A stretch of DNA of 64,000 nucleotides from Candidatus Peribacteria bacterium (lineage in GTDB: Bacteria; Patescibacteriota; Gracilibacteria; UBA1369; UBA12463): NCBI GenBank assembly GCA_943354965.1, contig CALRDN010000002.1:38029-102028 (forward strand). The letters are read 5' to 3'. Shown one piece after another: positions 29,577-39,162 of the stretch. A program made the translations under genes and the position numbers. Under the pieces are notes generated by a model. The model did no database searches and was not told the DNA's origin. It saw only the letters and a program-made list of their open reading frames with translations. The number at the start of each line of letters is the position of its first letter. Position 1 is the first letter of the stretch.

Positions 29577-31424
29577 ATGAAAAAAATGAAAAAATTGATA
29601 CCAGCATTGCCAGCATTTCTCTTCTTGAGCTTTCTGATTGTCAGCCTGCTTCACCGAGGAGGTATCTCGTTTCAAACGCATATTTTGTGGATGATCATTC
29701 TGCTTCCAATAGCCTTGAGTGTTTTCATTATCAAAAGAAAAGACAACCAAGCCTCAAGCCGAACACCATCAATAGTGCTCAGCCTTATTCTGCTTCTCCT
29801 TCTCACCATAGCCGCAGGCTGGGCTTATTCACAAATGCGCGACTTCGGCCTCATATCAGTTACGACACTGCTCGGAGGGCTGACAACACTTCTGATCGTC
29901 ATAGAAATGGAGGTAACTGAATCGACCGTGGAAAGAATACTCAATATTCTCTGCGTCATCGCCTCCTTGCTTTGCATGTTCGGGCTCGGCCTCTACTTCT
30001 TCACAATCATCGACCGCCTCTCAGCGACCTTCGTCCACCTCCCCTATCTCACAACATCCTATCCAAACGCCTTCGCCCTTTTCCTGCTAAGCGTGATGCC
30101 GCATGCACTTCTCCAGCTCAACAAATTCCGCGATCGACCATGGCTCATTATCAATGGCCTCATTCTCTCATCACTCCTCCTCACCTTCTCCCGAGGATCG
30201 CTTATCGTAGGAGTTGGAATCATCGCCGCGCTCTTCCTCCTCAGAAAAATACGATTCGATAAACAAGCTGCCCTCGTACTGATAGGAGTTGTTGCCCTTA
30301 CAGCCACATTCCAAGTGATGAGACCGGATAGCCTGGGACAAAATTCTTTCGAAGATAAATACACACTGAGCTCAGAAGAAAAAACTTCATCCGTTTCCGA
30401 GCGAATGGACTTTTGGAAAGGTGCCATCGAAATTATCAAAACATATCCACTCTTTGGGGCAGGACCGGATACATTCGAATATATTTTCCCTCAATATCAA
30501 ACGAACCTCCTCGCTAACTCCGACCATCCCCATAATATGTTTCTCAAACAAGCGAGCGAGTTTGGCATTCCTTCAGCGTTTCTCCTCTTGGGATTACTGG
30601 TCTACGCACTCTATGGCCTTCGGAAAACATATCGTACAAACAATATTCATCTCGCCCTCGGATTAGCAGTGCTCGCGATGGTAGGTCACAATCTTCTCGA
30701 CTACAATTTAAATTTCACATCAAACGCGCTCGTCTTCTACGCCCTCCTAGGGCTGATCATTGGTCTCACTCGATTCAACACGTATCAAGTACCTAAACGT
30801 GCGCTATGGGTCATCCTCATCGTACTGACGAGCATACTATTTGTCGGTGGTGGGTACGAAGCATATCAACGCATGCTTATTACACAAGCAAGAGAAGTAA
30901 CAGCATCATCCGCCGAAACAATCTTTGAAAAAATTCATCCCATCTTTTACGAAGATGCTATCTTGCTGCGCGCGCAGAATGCTATCGAGATGAAAAATAC
31001 CAAGCTCGCAAAAGAACTTCTAAAAAATATCACTCTGCACAATCAGTATTATGCAGAAGCGCAAAACCTCCTCTCGGAAACTTATCTCGGGAATGCCTCA
31101 AAAGTGCTAGCAAAAGCCAATAACGCGAAGGCACTTGAACTCGACCCATGGAACAATTTACGATATTATTTCCAAAAAATAACATTGGAATTGCAGGAAG
31201 GAAAAATCATAAAAAAAGAACCATATCAAAAACTTCTCGAAAACTATCTACAACTTCTACAAAATAATGCACATGAAACCGTTCGTAGCGGCAATCCGCG
31301 TTATGCCATCAAAATCGCAGAAGCACTCGCACTGACCGATCTAAAAAATAAACTCACATCAACCGCCGAACTGGAAAGAAAAAAATTCACCGACCGATAC
31401 AATATCACTCTCTCACCTCTTTAA
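29577..31424 (+). CDS. O-antigen ligase (Wzy_C/WaaL)-family membrane protein with C-terminal TPR-like helices
   Basis: Multiple TMs; YPNAFA, TFSRG, ERMDFW..PLFGAGP and HPHNMFL motifs. Confidence 0.85.
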   Translation: MKKMKKLIPALPAFLFLSFLIVSLLHRGGISFQTHILWMIILLPIALSVFIIKRKDNQASSRTPSIVLSLILLLLLTIAAGWAYSQMRDFGLISVTTLLGGLTTLLIVIEMEVTESTVERILNILCVIASLLCMFGLGLYFFTIIDRLSATFVHLPYLTTSYPNAFALFLLSVMPHALLQLNKFRDRPWLIINGLILSSLLLTFSRGSLIVGVGIIAALFLLRKIRFDKQAALVLIGVVALTATFQVMRPDSLGQNSFEDKYTLSSEEKTSSVSERMDFWKGAIEIIKTYPLFGAGPDTFEYIFPQYQTNLLANSDHPHNMFLKQASEFGIPSAFLLLGLLVYALYGLRKTYRTNNIHLALGLAVLAMVGHNLLDYNLNFTSNALVFYALLGLIIGLTRFNTYQVPKRALWVILIVLTSILFVGGGYEAYQRMLITQAREVTASSAETIFEKIHPIFYEDAILLRAQNAIEMKNTKLAKELLKNITLHNQYYAEAQNLLSETYLGNASKVLAKANNAKALELDPWNNLRYYFQKITLELQEGKIIKKEPYQKLLENYLQLLQNNAHETVRSGNPRYAIKIAEALALTDLKNKLTSTAELERKKFTDRYNITLSPL

Positions 31425-31427
31425 AAC

Positions 31428-32039
31428 ATGATACATCAGCTATTAATCGGCACCACAAACAAAGGAAAATTCAAAGAAATTAGCGAAGTTCTCGATACGC
31501 TTCCCGTAGAACTTCTCACTCCTCAAGGACTAAAAATCATCGGACAACCGGAAGAAACCGGCGGAAATTACGAAGAAAACGCACGGATAAAGTGTCAATT
31601 TTATTATGATCAATCAGATCACATGCCCACACTAGCAGAAGACTCAGGCATAGAGATAGATGCATTCCCCGGAGAACTCGGTATGAAAACACGACGCTGG
31701 GGAGCCGGAGAAAACGCCACCGACGAAGAGTGGCTCACACACTTCCTGACAGAGCTCAAGAAAAAACCACCAGAGATGCGAACCGCACGATTCCACTGCA
31801 CCGCAGCCCTCATGCTCGACAACAAAATGCATGTATTCCATGGAATCTGCCCGGGAATCCTCCATACAGAACCGCAAACAGCCGTGCCCCATGGCATTCC
31901 CCTCTCATCATGCTTCCAGCCGGAAGGATTCGACAAAGTCTACAGCGCGCTCACGCCGGAAGAAAAAAATCAGATCAGCCACCGTGGCCGAGCGATGCAT
32001 CAGGTAAAGGATTATCTAAAATCAATAGGCTATCTGTAG
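31428..32039 (+). CDS. rdgB: Non-canonical purine NTP pyrophosphatase (HAM1/RdgB)
   Basis: TTNKGK, EETG..ENARIK, EDSG and KNQISHRG motifs. Confidence 0.9.
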   Translation: MIHQLLIGTTNKGKFKEISEVLDTLPVELLTPQGLKIIGQPEETGGNYEENARIKCQFYYDQSDHMPTLAEDSGIEIDAFPGELGMKTRRWGAGENATDEEWLTHFLTELKKKPPEMRTARFHCTAALMLDNKMHVFHGICPGILHTEPQTAVPHGIPLSSCFQPEGFDKVYSALTPEEKNQISHRGRAMHQVKDYLKSIGYL

Positions 32040-33713
32040 ATAACACGCTACGCAATACACCATTTTCTCTGACTCCGGAGAATAGGTTGTTTGAATATCC
32101 TTATTACATTTACCACACTGTCTTTTCCAAAATGTTCGAGGATTGCGCTGATGGAAGCGATCCATATGGCGCTGATCAGGGGATCTGCGTGGAATAGGTA
32201 GCCGTTGTTGACGATAGAATTGCAACTCCTGCTTAATAATTTTAAATGGTCTGCCTGTCACTTCACAAACTACCGCCAAATTTAAAATGTCATCGGATAC
32301 GTTATCAATACCATCCGGCAATTGAGAACTTTCAATAATTTTTACGGCATTAGATGGTACACTTGGGGCATCATCCCATTTCCAACCCTTAGCCTCCACC
32401 CCCTCTTTATTGGACGGGTAATACATCTGGGCGGTTGTTTTATTGTAGCCAAATGGAGAAAAGGATACAGGGAAAAGTTCTCCCCATTCGCCCGTTGATC
32501 GCATATGCTCAATTATTTTTGGTACCAATACTTCATATTCAGCCTTCGTGTACTGTTTATTAAAAATACAATACTGCTTATTGTGCATATTAAAACATCC
32601 AAAGCAATCTTTACTGCTTTGCACATACCAGCAATACAACAAATCCGAAGAGTTAACGTGAATATTATGACTAAAAAGAATATGATAACAGCCATTACCG
32701 GCAATAGAACATTCATATGATTCAGAGAGGTTGAGTCCATATTGATAAATATCATATACATTTTTCGCACCAGTAACCACTTGGTACAGATATTTGCCAT
32801 GCTCCACATCTTCACAATCAAAACTCATGTGGGTATCTTTACAATTCTGCAAATAATCACCAGAACAATTTTCCAAATTCAGTCCATGAAATTCCTTATA
32901 TATATGCTTCTTTTCAAGTTCCTTTAACTGTGTTTTACACTGCTGATATTGAACATATGAACCTAAATCAATCTTCGACATCTGCTCTTCGTATTCCTTC
33001 TTCGTTAACTGCTTATTCATAAAACAGTACTCTTTATCACGCATACCTATACAAAGAAAACAGTTTTTACACCCTACGCAATCACGCAAAAAAGCTGATG
33101 AATTACAATTGAAGCAATCCTGCGAACCCCGTAGTCCATAGCATTTATGGACATCAACACAATCATAGCAAAGCTCACAGCTGAGATTATAAAAACCATC
33201 CACGCAAGAAGTGCTCCTTTTAATACCATATCCATAATAACAATCCTCGCAAAAATCAGCATGCATAATAAGATAGCAGTTTTTGGAAAACCCCGCGTAG
33301 TGAATATATTCAGAGTTTTCATTTGTTCCCTCGATGAGTAAATTCTGAGCGGGCACATCTTGCCATAGCTGTTTAAGCTGAGCGAAAACGGAACGGGAAA
33401 AATCAACATCACGACCATACGAACACGAATCCCACTGATCGCTATGCCAACACTCACGACAATACACTACTTTATTACTTTCGGGAGGATGCTCGGTCAA
33501 TACGCTTTTCCGACAAAGGCCGCAATGCGATGAATAAAAAAAACGTTCATTGGCAAGTGCTAGTCTCCTTTGTTGTCTGCAGTCTGGACAATGAGTTGGA
33601 GATGGAATGAGATGTTTTTCCCCATTAAATACAGGCGAAACACTCTCGTAAAAGTTCAAATCATCATCCGTAATATCAAAAACAAGATCGCAGCTTTGAC
33701 AAGATTTAGTCAT
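32022..33713 (-). CDS. Cys-rich repeat hypothetical protein with terminal zinc ribbons (CPR-typical family)
   Basis: CQSC, CPDCRQQRR, many SxxCY/NC repeats, GEWGELFP and CGKC..VYCVACY. Confidence 0.7.
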   Translation of the reverse strand: MTKSCQSCDLVFDITDDDLNFYESVSPVFNGEKHLIPSPTHCPDCRQQRRLALANERFFYSSHCGLCRKSVLTEHPPESNKVVYCRECWHSDQWDSCSYGRDVDFSRSVFAQLKQLWQDVPAQNLLIEGTNENSEYIHYAGFSKNCYLIMHADFCEDCYYGYGIKRSTSCVDGFYNLSCELCYDCVDVHKCYGLRGSQDCFNCNSSAFLRDCVGCKNCFLCIGMRDKEYCFMNKQLTKKEYEEQMSKIDLGSYVQYQQCKTQLKELEKKHIYKEFHGLNLENCSGDYLQNCKDTHMSFDCEDVEHGKYLYQVVTGAKNVYDIYQYGLNLSESYECSIAGNGCYHILFSHNIHVNSSDLLYCWYVQSSKDCFGCFNMHNKQYCIFNKQYTKAEYEVLVPKIIEHMRSTGEWGELFPVSFSPFGYNKTTAQMYYPSNKEGVEAKGWKWDDAPSVPSNAVKIIESSQLPDGIDNVSDDILNLAVVCEVTGRPFKIIKQELQFYRQQRLPIPRRSPDQRHMDRFHQRNPRTFWKRQCGKCNKDIQTTYSPESEKMVYCVACYLQIAY

Positions 33714-33766
33714 AACATGAGCTTAACGCAAAATAATATTCAGGGCAACTCTAACAAGAGGAATAA

Positions 33767-35038
33767 TCAAACAAGCGACACATGCGTGTATGCCTTTGGC
33801 TGCCAAAGATATTTATAATCAAATGGCTGCTCTTGGCGATAAATCGTGAAGGATTCCTTGCCATTTCCATCAATCTCAAAAGAAACTTGAACCGCCACCT
33901 TGTCTTTGCGCTGCACCTTCAAGGCTGCATAATCGCGGTCCTTAGCCAAATAAAGAAGTGCCTCTTTGGCAAAACTCTCTTTTTGCTCCTGGCTAAAATC
34001 AGCACTAAACTCTACGCGACTATCAGCGAGCAAACGATCCACTCTCGCATTCTCGCTAAAGAATTTGAAGTATCCTGTTAATCCCACAACGAGAATCAAA
34101 GCAACAACGGCGACACCCTGAAGCTTTCTCAAAAGAACTCGTCCGAACGATTCATCATCACTATAAAATTCGTCATCACTATCGTCAGTTACACTTGCCT
34201 GATCTTGAACAATCGTCCTGGCGCGAACCGGCTGTTCGTACATTGGCTGCGCACGAGGTGGCTGCTGTGGCTCTACGGGTAGGGTAAAATCGGGCTCCGG
34301 CTGAAGTGGCTGAGGGTGAGGAGCATCCTGATTTTGCTGTGGATCCTGAGGCTTATAAAAATTCTGTGCCGATGCTCGTGCGAATTGTTCCATAAAGAGT
34401 TCACGTAAAGAAGTAAGAATCTCCTGATCAACTGGGATATTTTCATGCTCGCGCGCTTTTTTCAAGAGAGAAGCGGCGCTCCCAAAATACGAAGTAATCT
34501 GTGATAACGAAAATCCTTTCTGATTTGCAGTTGCTGCACCAATCACATCTTTCGCCTTCTTCAAGGCATCATAATAAAGCTTCGTGCAATCCTCCTCCCT
34601 CATTCCCATGACAATGGCACGGTCTACCACACTCACCTCCTCAAAGAACGTAAGCCACAAAACCTCTCGCTCCTTGTACTCTAGCTGTGAATAGAAGTTC
34701 TGGAGGATCTCCTCTCTCCTGATAGAGCGACTACCCGAACTCGTCTTTATGTCATAGACATCATGCAAATCGCCGATTTTCTTCGACGCATCCCCTGCCT
34801 GGGCAGGCTGCGACTGTATCGAGAAAAACTCATACGCCCACTTGTACAAATCCAAAAGCGTAATAACCTCATCACGCTTCATCTCATCAAAAGCATTCTC
34901 ATACAGCGACTTCATGATGAACGCAATCACCGGTTTCGTCGTAGCTCTTCTCGCGCAATACAAATATAACTGATCAAAAGACTGCTTATACAGCTTCCAA
35001 AACTTCTCTACATACGGATTTTCGTTGAGGAATGTCAT
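33767..35038 (-). CDS. ECF sigma-factor-like N-terminus fused to P/Q-rich linker, TM helix and extracytoplasmic domain
   Basis: Region-2-like FWKLYKQSFDQLYLYCARR; region-4-like LEYKEREVLWLTFFEEVS..AIVMG..YYDALKKAK; TM GVAVVALILVVGLTGYF. Confidence 0.55.
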   Translation of the reverse strand: MTFLNENPYVEKFWKLYKQSFDQLYLYCARRATTKPVIAFIMKSLYENAFDEMKRDEVITLLDLYKWAYEFFSIQSQPAQAGDASKKIGDLHDVYDIKTSSGSRSIRREEILQNFYSQLEYKEREVLWLTFFEEVSVVDRAIVMGMREEDCTKLYYDALKKAKDVIGAATANQKGFSLSQITSYFGSAASLLKKAREHENIPVDQEILTSLRELFMEQFARASAQNFYKPQDPQQNQDAPHPQPLQPEPDFTLPVEPQQPPRAQPMYEQPVRARTIVQDQASVTDDSDDEFYSDDESFGRVLLRKLQGVAVVALILVVGLTGYFKFFSENARVDRLLADSRVEFSADFSQEQKESFAKEALLYLAKDRDYAALKVQRKDKVAVQVSFEIDGNGKESFTIYRQEQPFDYKYLWQPKAYTHVSLV

Positions 35039-35052
35039 GGGAAATATCTATA

Positions 35053-35826
35053 TTAAACATCAATCGACGAATCACTCTCGTGTCCCAAAGGTTTAGGGCG
35101 CATATGAAGAGGTCTGCATGCCTGAGCCGCGGGATGACTTGATTCCACCCACTCACCAATACCCATTATTTCCTCACTTCTATCGCCCGCCATATACCGG
35201 CTAAGGAGCGCAAGATCCATGGAAACATAGGCCGGATACTGCCATCGCATGGCAGGGGTAACACGATATTTGTCGACACCAAAAGCCGCACCCAGTCTAC
35301 GCTCTCTCTCGGCACAAATTTCTCGTGCTGCCGTCTGAAACATCTTCGAATGAATAGCACTACGAAGTTGACGAGCCACATCCATCAATTGAGACAAAGC
35401 AGATGTATCAGCTTCTGCAAAAGCTCGAGCAACAGCATGGCCATTCCCTAAACTTCTAAAAGTGGACCCAGGATCAGTCAACAACTCAGCAAGGTGAGTA
35501 GTGGATGAACTTACCCAACGCTCCACATTCGTAGAGTTTCCCGTTAAGGACTCTAATTCAAAACCATCGCTACCTGACCTTTTATCAAATGCTGCAGCAC
35601 GACGCCAGGCATCAGCCCACTTGGCAGAATTATCAGGACTCAAAGCGACTAAACGAGATACGCAATCGATGGCATTACGCATCTGTGCCTCAGCAGCATT
35701 ATCCGGATTGGCAAAAATACTATTCAAAAAGCTCGGATCAGCAATTCTATGAGCCAAATCATTAGGAGCTGCTACCTGCATATCCGTACCTGCATCATCA
35801 TCCTGAGGAGCGTGTAAATTATCCAT
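35053..35826 (-). CDS. Hypothetical protein
   Basis: Long ORF with no recognised motif; ATG at 35826 preceded by -10-like hexamers. Confidence 0.55.
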   Translation of the reverse strand: MDNLHAPQDDDAGTDMQVAAPNDLAHRIADPSFLNSIFANPDNAAEAQMRNAIDCVSRLVALSPDNSAKWADAWRRAAAFDKRSGSDGFELESLTGNSTNVERWVSSSTTHLAELLTDPGSTFRSLGNGHAVARAFAEADTSALSQLMDVARQLRSAIHSKMFQTAAREICAERERRLGAAFGVDKYRVTPAMRWQYPAYVSMDLALLSRYMAGDRSEEIMGIGEWVESSHPAAQACRPLHMRPKPLGHESDSSIDV

Positions 35827-35922
35827 AGAAATAGTAAAAATTATAAAGGAGTCCATTTTGCCACAATTTGTGCGCACGCACAAGCCAGAGTGCAAAACAC
35901 CAATTTGGTCAATATTTTAGCT

Positions 35923-36915
35923 TTAGGAAGAAAGCAGCCCTGCTTTGAGCACCTCCTCAATTTCATCAAAAACCACCTCGACCGTGACTAACGTATCGCA
36001 TTGCATGATTTTTTCGACATACTTTTTCGCCCCCTCAAAACCCTTGATATATGATGCCAAATGTTTACGCAACTCACGTATCGCTTTCACCTCATTAGAT
36101 CCCTCCACGGCGAACCGGACATGCTGGCGAATTAGGGGCATTTTTTCAAGCATATTTTTTGGTCGTTCATAGGCCACCCCCTTAAAATGTGCCGCAATTT
36201 CGGCGATAAGCCATGGATCACCAAGTGTTGCACGGCCCACCATTACACCATCCAGATTCCCCAGACGCATCTGCGCATCTGCCACAGACTTGATATCTCC
36301 ATTTCCAAGAATCGTAATGCCCAATTCTTTCTTCGCCAAATAAATAGGGTCCCAGTTCGCCTCACCGGAAAAAGCCTGCGTGCGAGTACGTCCATGCAGT
36401 GATAATAATTTCGCCCCGGCATCCACAACGCCCTTGCAGAAGCCCAAAAACCGCTTCTCATCATAACACTCATATCCCAGTCGCGTCTTCACAGAGACCG
36501 GAACAGAAACAGCTCTACTCAAATTATATACAATCTCAGCCGCCAGATCGGGACTCTTCAAGAGCGCCGATCCACACTCATTCGAGGTAACCTTGCACGT
36601 CGGACAGCCCATATTAATATCAATTCCAGCGATTCCCATATCTTCTAATATCTTCCCTGACTCCACAAAAAACTCCGGCTCCTTTCCGAAAAGCTGCATG
36701 ATAAGCGGAAACTCTTCCGGATGCCAGTCCATCATTCGATAGGACTCTTTGCTTCCATGATGAATCGCCGCCACACTCGTGAGCTCAGAGAAACAAACAA
36801 CATTTTCCGTACCCGGCAATAGCTTTACCGCTCTACGATATGCCGAATCGGTATAACCGGCCAGAGGAGCAAGCGCCACGATAGGCTTCGAAAATGTATC
36901 CCAGCTAAATTTCAT
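35923..36915 (-). CDS. dus: tRNA-dihydrouridine synthase (DusB-like)
   Basis: LAPLAG, QLFG, DINMGCP, GSALLK, VKTRLG, HGRT, GNGDI and VMVGR motifs. Confidence 0.93.
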   Translation of the reverse strand: MKFSWDTFSKPIVALAPLAGYTDSAYRRAVKLLPGTENVVCFSELTSVAAIHHGSKESYRMMDWHPEEFPLIMQLFGKEPEFFVESGKILEDMGIAGIDINMGCPTCKVTSNECGSALLKSPDLAAEIVYNLSRAVSVPVSVKTRLGYECYDEKRFLGFCKGVVDAGAKLLSLHGRTRTQAFSGEANWDPIYLAKKELGITILGNGDIKSVADAQMRLGNLDGVMVGRATLGDPWLIAEIAAHFKGVAYERPKNMLEKMPLIRQHVRFAVEGSNEVKAIRELRKHLASYIKGFEGAKKYVEKIMQCDTLVTVEVVFDEIEEVLKAGLLSS

Positions 36916-36948
36916 AGTATTGGGATTATACGGTTAAAAAGCCATATA

Positions 36949-37497
36949 TCAAGGCCAAGGCTTCCCATCTACATATAACTGCTTCAACGCTGGCGTGCCA
37001 TCGGTATCTACCGCGACCTTTGCGAACGCCTGTCGATCCTGCGTCCACGTAGTAAACATCTGACCCTTACCCTCAGGAATAAAATACTGCTCTATGCCGT
37101 AATCCAGCCGATACGTAGGTTTCTCATAAGAATCAGTCGGCGGAGTATCGACGCTCACAATTCGGCCCTTTATGAATATGCCGTCCGCAGGCTTCGCATG
37201 TGACATTTCCCCCGGATAAGAAAAACCATCAGACTCAACAAGCGATACATACACAACCTCACCCTGCCGGAACTGCTCCTCATTAACCAACCGCCCGTTA
37301 TAGTAGCCTCCTACGGTCGTTAAATCATGCTGATACGTTACATAATCACCTCGCAACGGATCACGCGGATCTACCGGCAAAAGATGAATAAGAATTTCCC
37401 TGCCACTAGACAGTGTCATCAATTTCACCATGATGAGAACAAAAATAACCATCACCTGAAAAGCCACAGCCAAGCCAATTTTTATATCTTTATTCAT
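36949..37497 (-). CDS. GDYXXLXY-domain membrane-anchored protein
   Basis: PVDPRDPLRGDYV and YGIEQYFIPEG motifs; follows a DUF2157-like gene, its usual partner. Confidence 0.85.
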   Translation of the reverse strand: MNKDIKIGLAVAFQVMVIFVLIMVKLMTLSSGREILIHLLPVDPRDPLRGDYVTYQHDLTTVGGYYNGRLVNEEQFRQGEVVYVSLVESDGFSYPGEMSHAKPADGIFIKGRIVSVDTPPTDSYEKPTYRLDYGIEQYFIPEGKGQMFTTWTQDRQAFAKVAVDTDGTPALKQLYVDGKPWP

Positions 37498-39088
37498 GAG
37501 GTGTTGGATCAATATCTGCGATCATTCGACGACGAGTACGCTCCATCAGCCATCCAACTCCGAAAAGAAGAAGACCTGCCCCAATGAAAAATAAACTCTT
37601 GTCGAGGAAGGTGAAAAACCAATCAAAATACTTCACAAGTATAAATAAGAACATGCCTATGACGCCCATATTAATCATCCATGACGCACGCCTATAGTAT
37701 CCAAGGGCGATAATGCCGATAAGTTGAGCGAGTATAAGTGCATTGAAAAGAATAGCCATAAAAAGGCCTCCTGACGAAAGAGTATCGTAATCGACAAACA
37801 GTGAAAAAGGAGGAAGGATCAAAAGGAAAAGATAAAAAACAACATGTGCCAATACGACGAGGTTTTCATACAACGGCAAGCGCGCACGAATTAACGCCAT
37901 GCCAAGCCCTCCGAGAAGAACAGCATAAGAAACAACCATCTGCCAAGACCCCACCATAGACAATCCATCACTCAACTCGACAAGCGCGTGAAGACCGGAC
38001 TGAAGTGAAAAGAAAAACAAACTGCCCATCAAAAACAGGGTACCAAACAGTGAATAAACAGATCCGAACTTCTTATCAATACGGCCCAGCACGACAAGTA
38101 GCGCCGCATAAAGAATATAACCAACATAGAGAGAAAGTGGCTCGATACCTGGCAAATCAATCCATTGAAAAGACTGTGCACCCCACCATATAGGCAGCAT
38201 CACCATGGAAAAAATAAGCGAAAAAACCGTCTTGAAATAATACGCCACTCCAATACCAAGAGCAGTCATAGCGAAGAAAATAATCCTCCAAGAAAGAGGA
38301 TCGCCAAAATCCGCATTAAGACCAAGGAGAGTTACACCACTAAAAAAAACAAACAGTACAAGAAAAGCTTGGTGGAGAGGATCATCTTCTGACTTGGCCT
38401 CCTTAGTCAAAAGATTACCGGCGAAAAAGAGAGTTATCGTAGAAGCAATAAGGAGAAAAGTAGAAGTAGTGAAGAAAACGCGGTAACCAAACGTCCCGGT
38501 GAAAAGTTCGATACCATGGCCAAAAGCAGCAGCAAGGCCTAGCGCAAGAGCAAGGAAAAAATGAGTACCGGATCTCAATACAAAGCCCATGGCGAGGGAT
38601 CCAAGCATCCAAAGAAGGAGCCCATCCGGCCAGTTCTGACGAACATGGAACATCTGAGCTATCAGAAAAATACCCGCCCCATATATAAGAGTACCCAAAA
38701 GATAAAAAGCGTTCCCTACCTTTTCGAGCTGCTGCTTCTCGTGAAAATACCAACCAAGCCCATACGAACTCAACATAGAAATCATAATAATACCGATTTT
38801 CATAACCTTCGTCATCTCGGTCCAGTTAGCGGCAACAAAAGAAAAAATACCAGCGCCCACTAATAATGCACCAAAAATAACAATCGTATGCACACTGCGC
38901 TTGCCGGAGTCTTCCTTGCTGCCATAAACTCTCGCCTCGCGAACTGCCTTTTCTATCGCCTCTACCTTAACTCCACTCTGGAGCAAAGATACATACACCT
39001 GCTCAAGCGTCTCGCCCTTAGCCAAGCTGGCATGGACCTGCTCCACAAGTTGGATGGAACTGCCTTCGGTAAATTGAAAGTGCGGCAT
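37490..39088 (-). CDS. DUF2157-like multi-pass membrane protein
   Basis: GAGIFSFVAANW, GAGIFLIAQMFH, many TMs and C-terminal KSLFFIGAGLLL. Confidence 0.8.
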   Translation of the reverse strand: MPHFQFTEGSSIQLVEQVHASLAKGETLEQVYVSLLQSGVKVEAIEKAVREARVYGSKEDSGKRSVHTIVIFGALLVGAGIFSFVAANWTEMTKVMKIGIIMISMLSSYGLGWYFHEKQQLEKVGNAFYLLGTLIYGAGIFLIAQMFHVRQNWPDGLLLWMLGSLAMGFVLRSGTHFFLALALGLAAAFGHGIELFTGTFGYRVFFTTSTFLLIASTITLFFAGNLLTKEAKSEDDPLHQAFLVLFVFFSGVTLLGLNADFGDPLSWRIIFFAMTALGIGVAYYFKTVFSLIFSMVMLPIWWGAQSFQWIDLPGIEPLSLYVGYILYAALLVVLGRIDKKFGSVYSLFGTLFLMGSLFFFSLQSGLHALVELSDGLSMVGSWQMVVSYAVLLGGLGMALIRARLPLYENLVVLAHVVFYLFLLILPPFSLFVDYDTLSSGGLFMAILFNALILAQLIGIIALGYYRRASWMINMGVIGMFLFILVKYFDWFFTFLDKSLFFIGAGLLLFGVGWLMERTRRRMIADIDPTPHE

Positions 39089-39162
39089 ATCCCAAGCATA
39101 CAACGAAACTTTACATTTGAAAACGTGGATGTAGAATATCGCGGTAACATTATTCTACCCTC

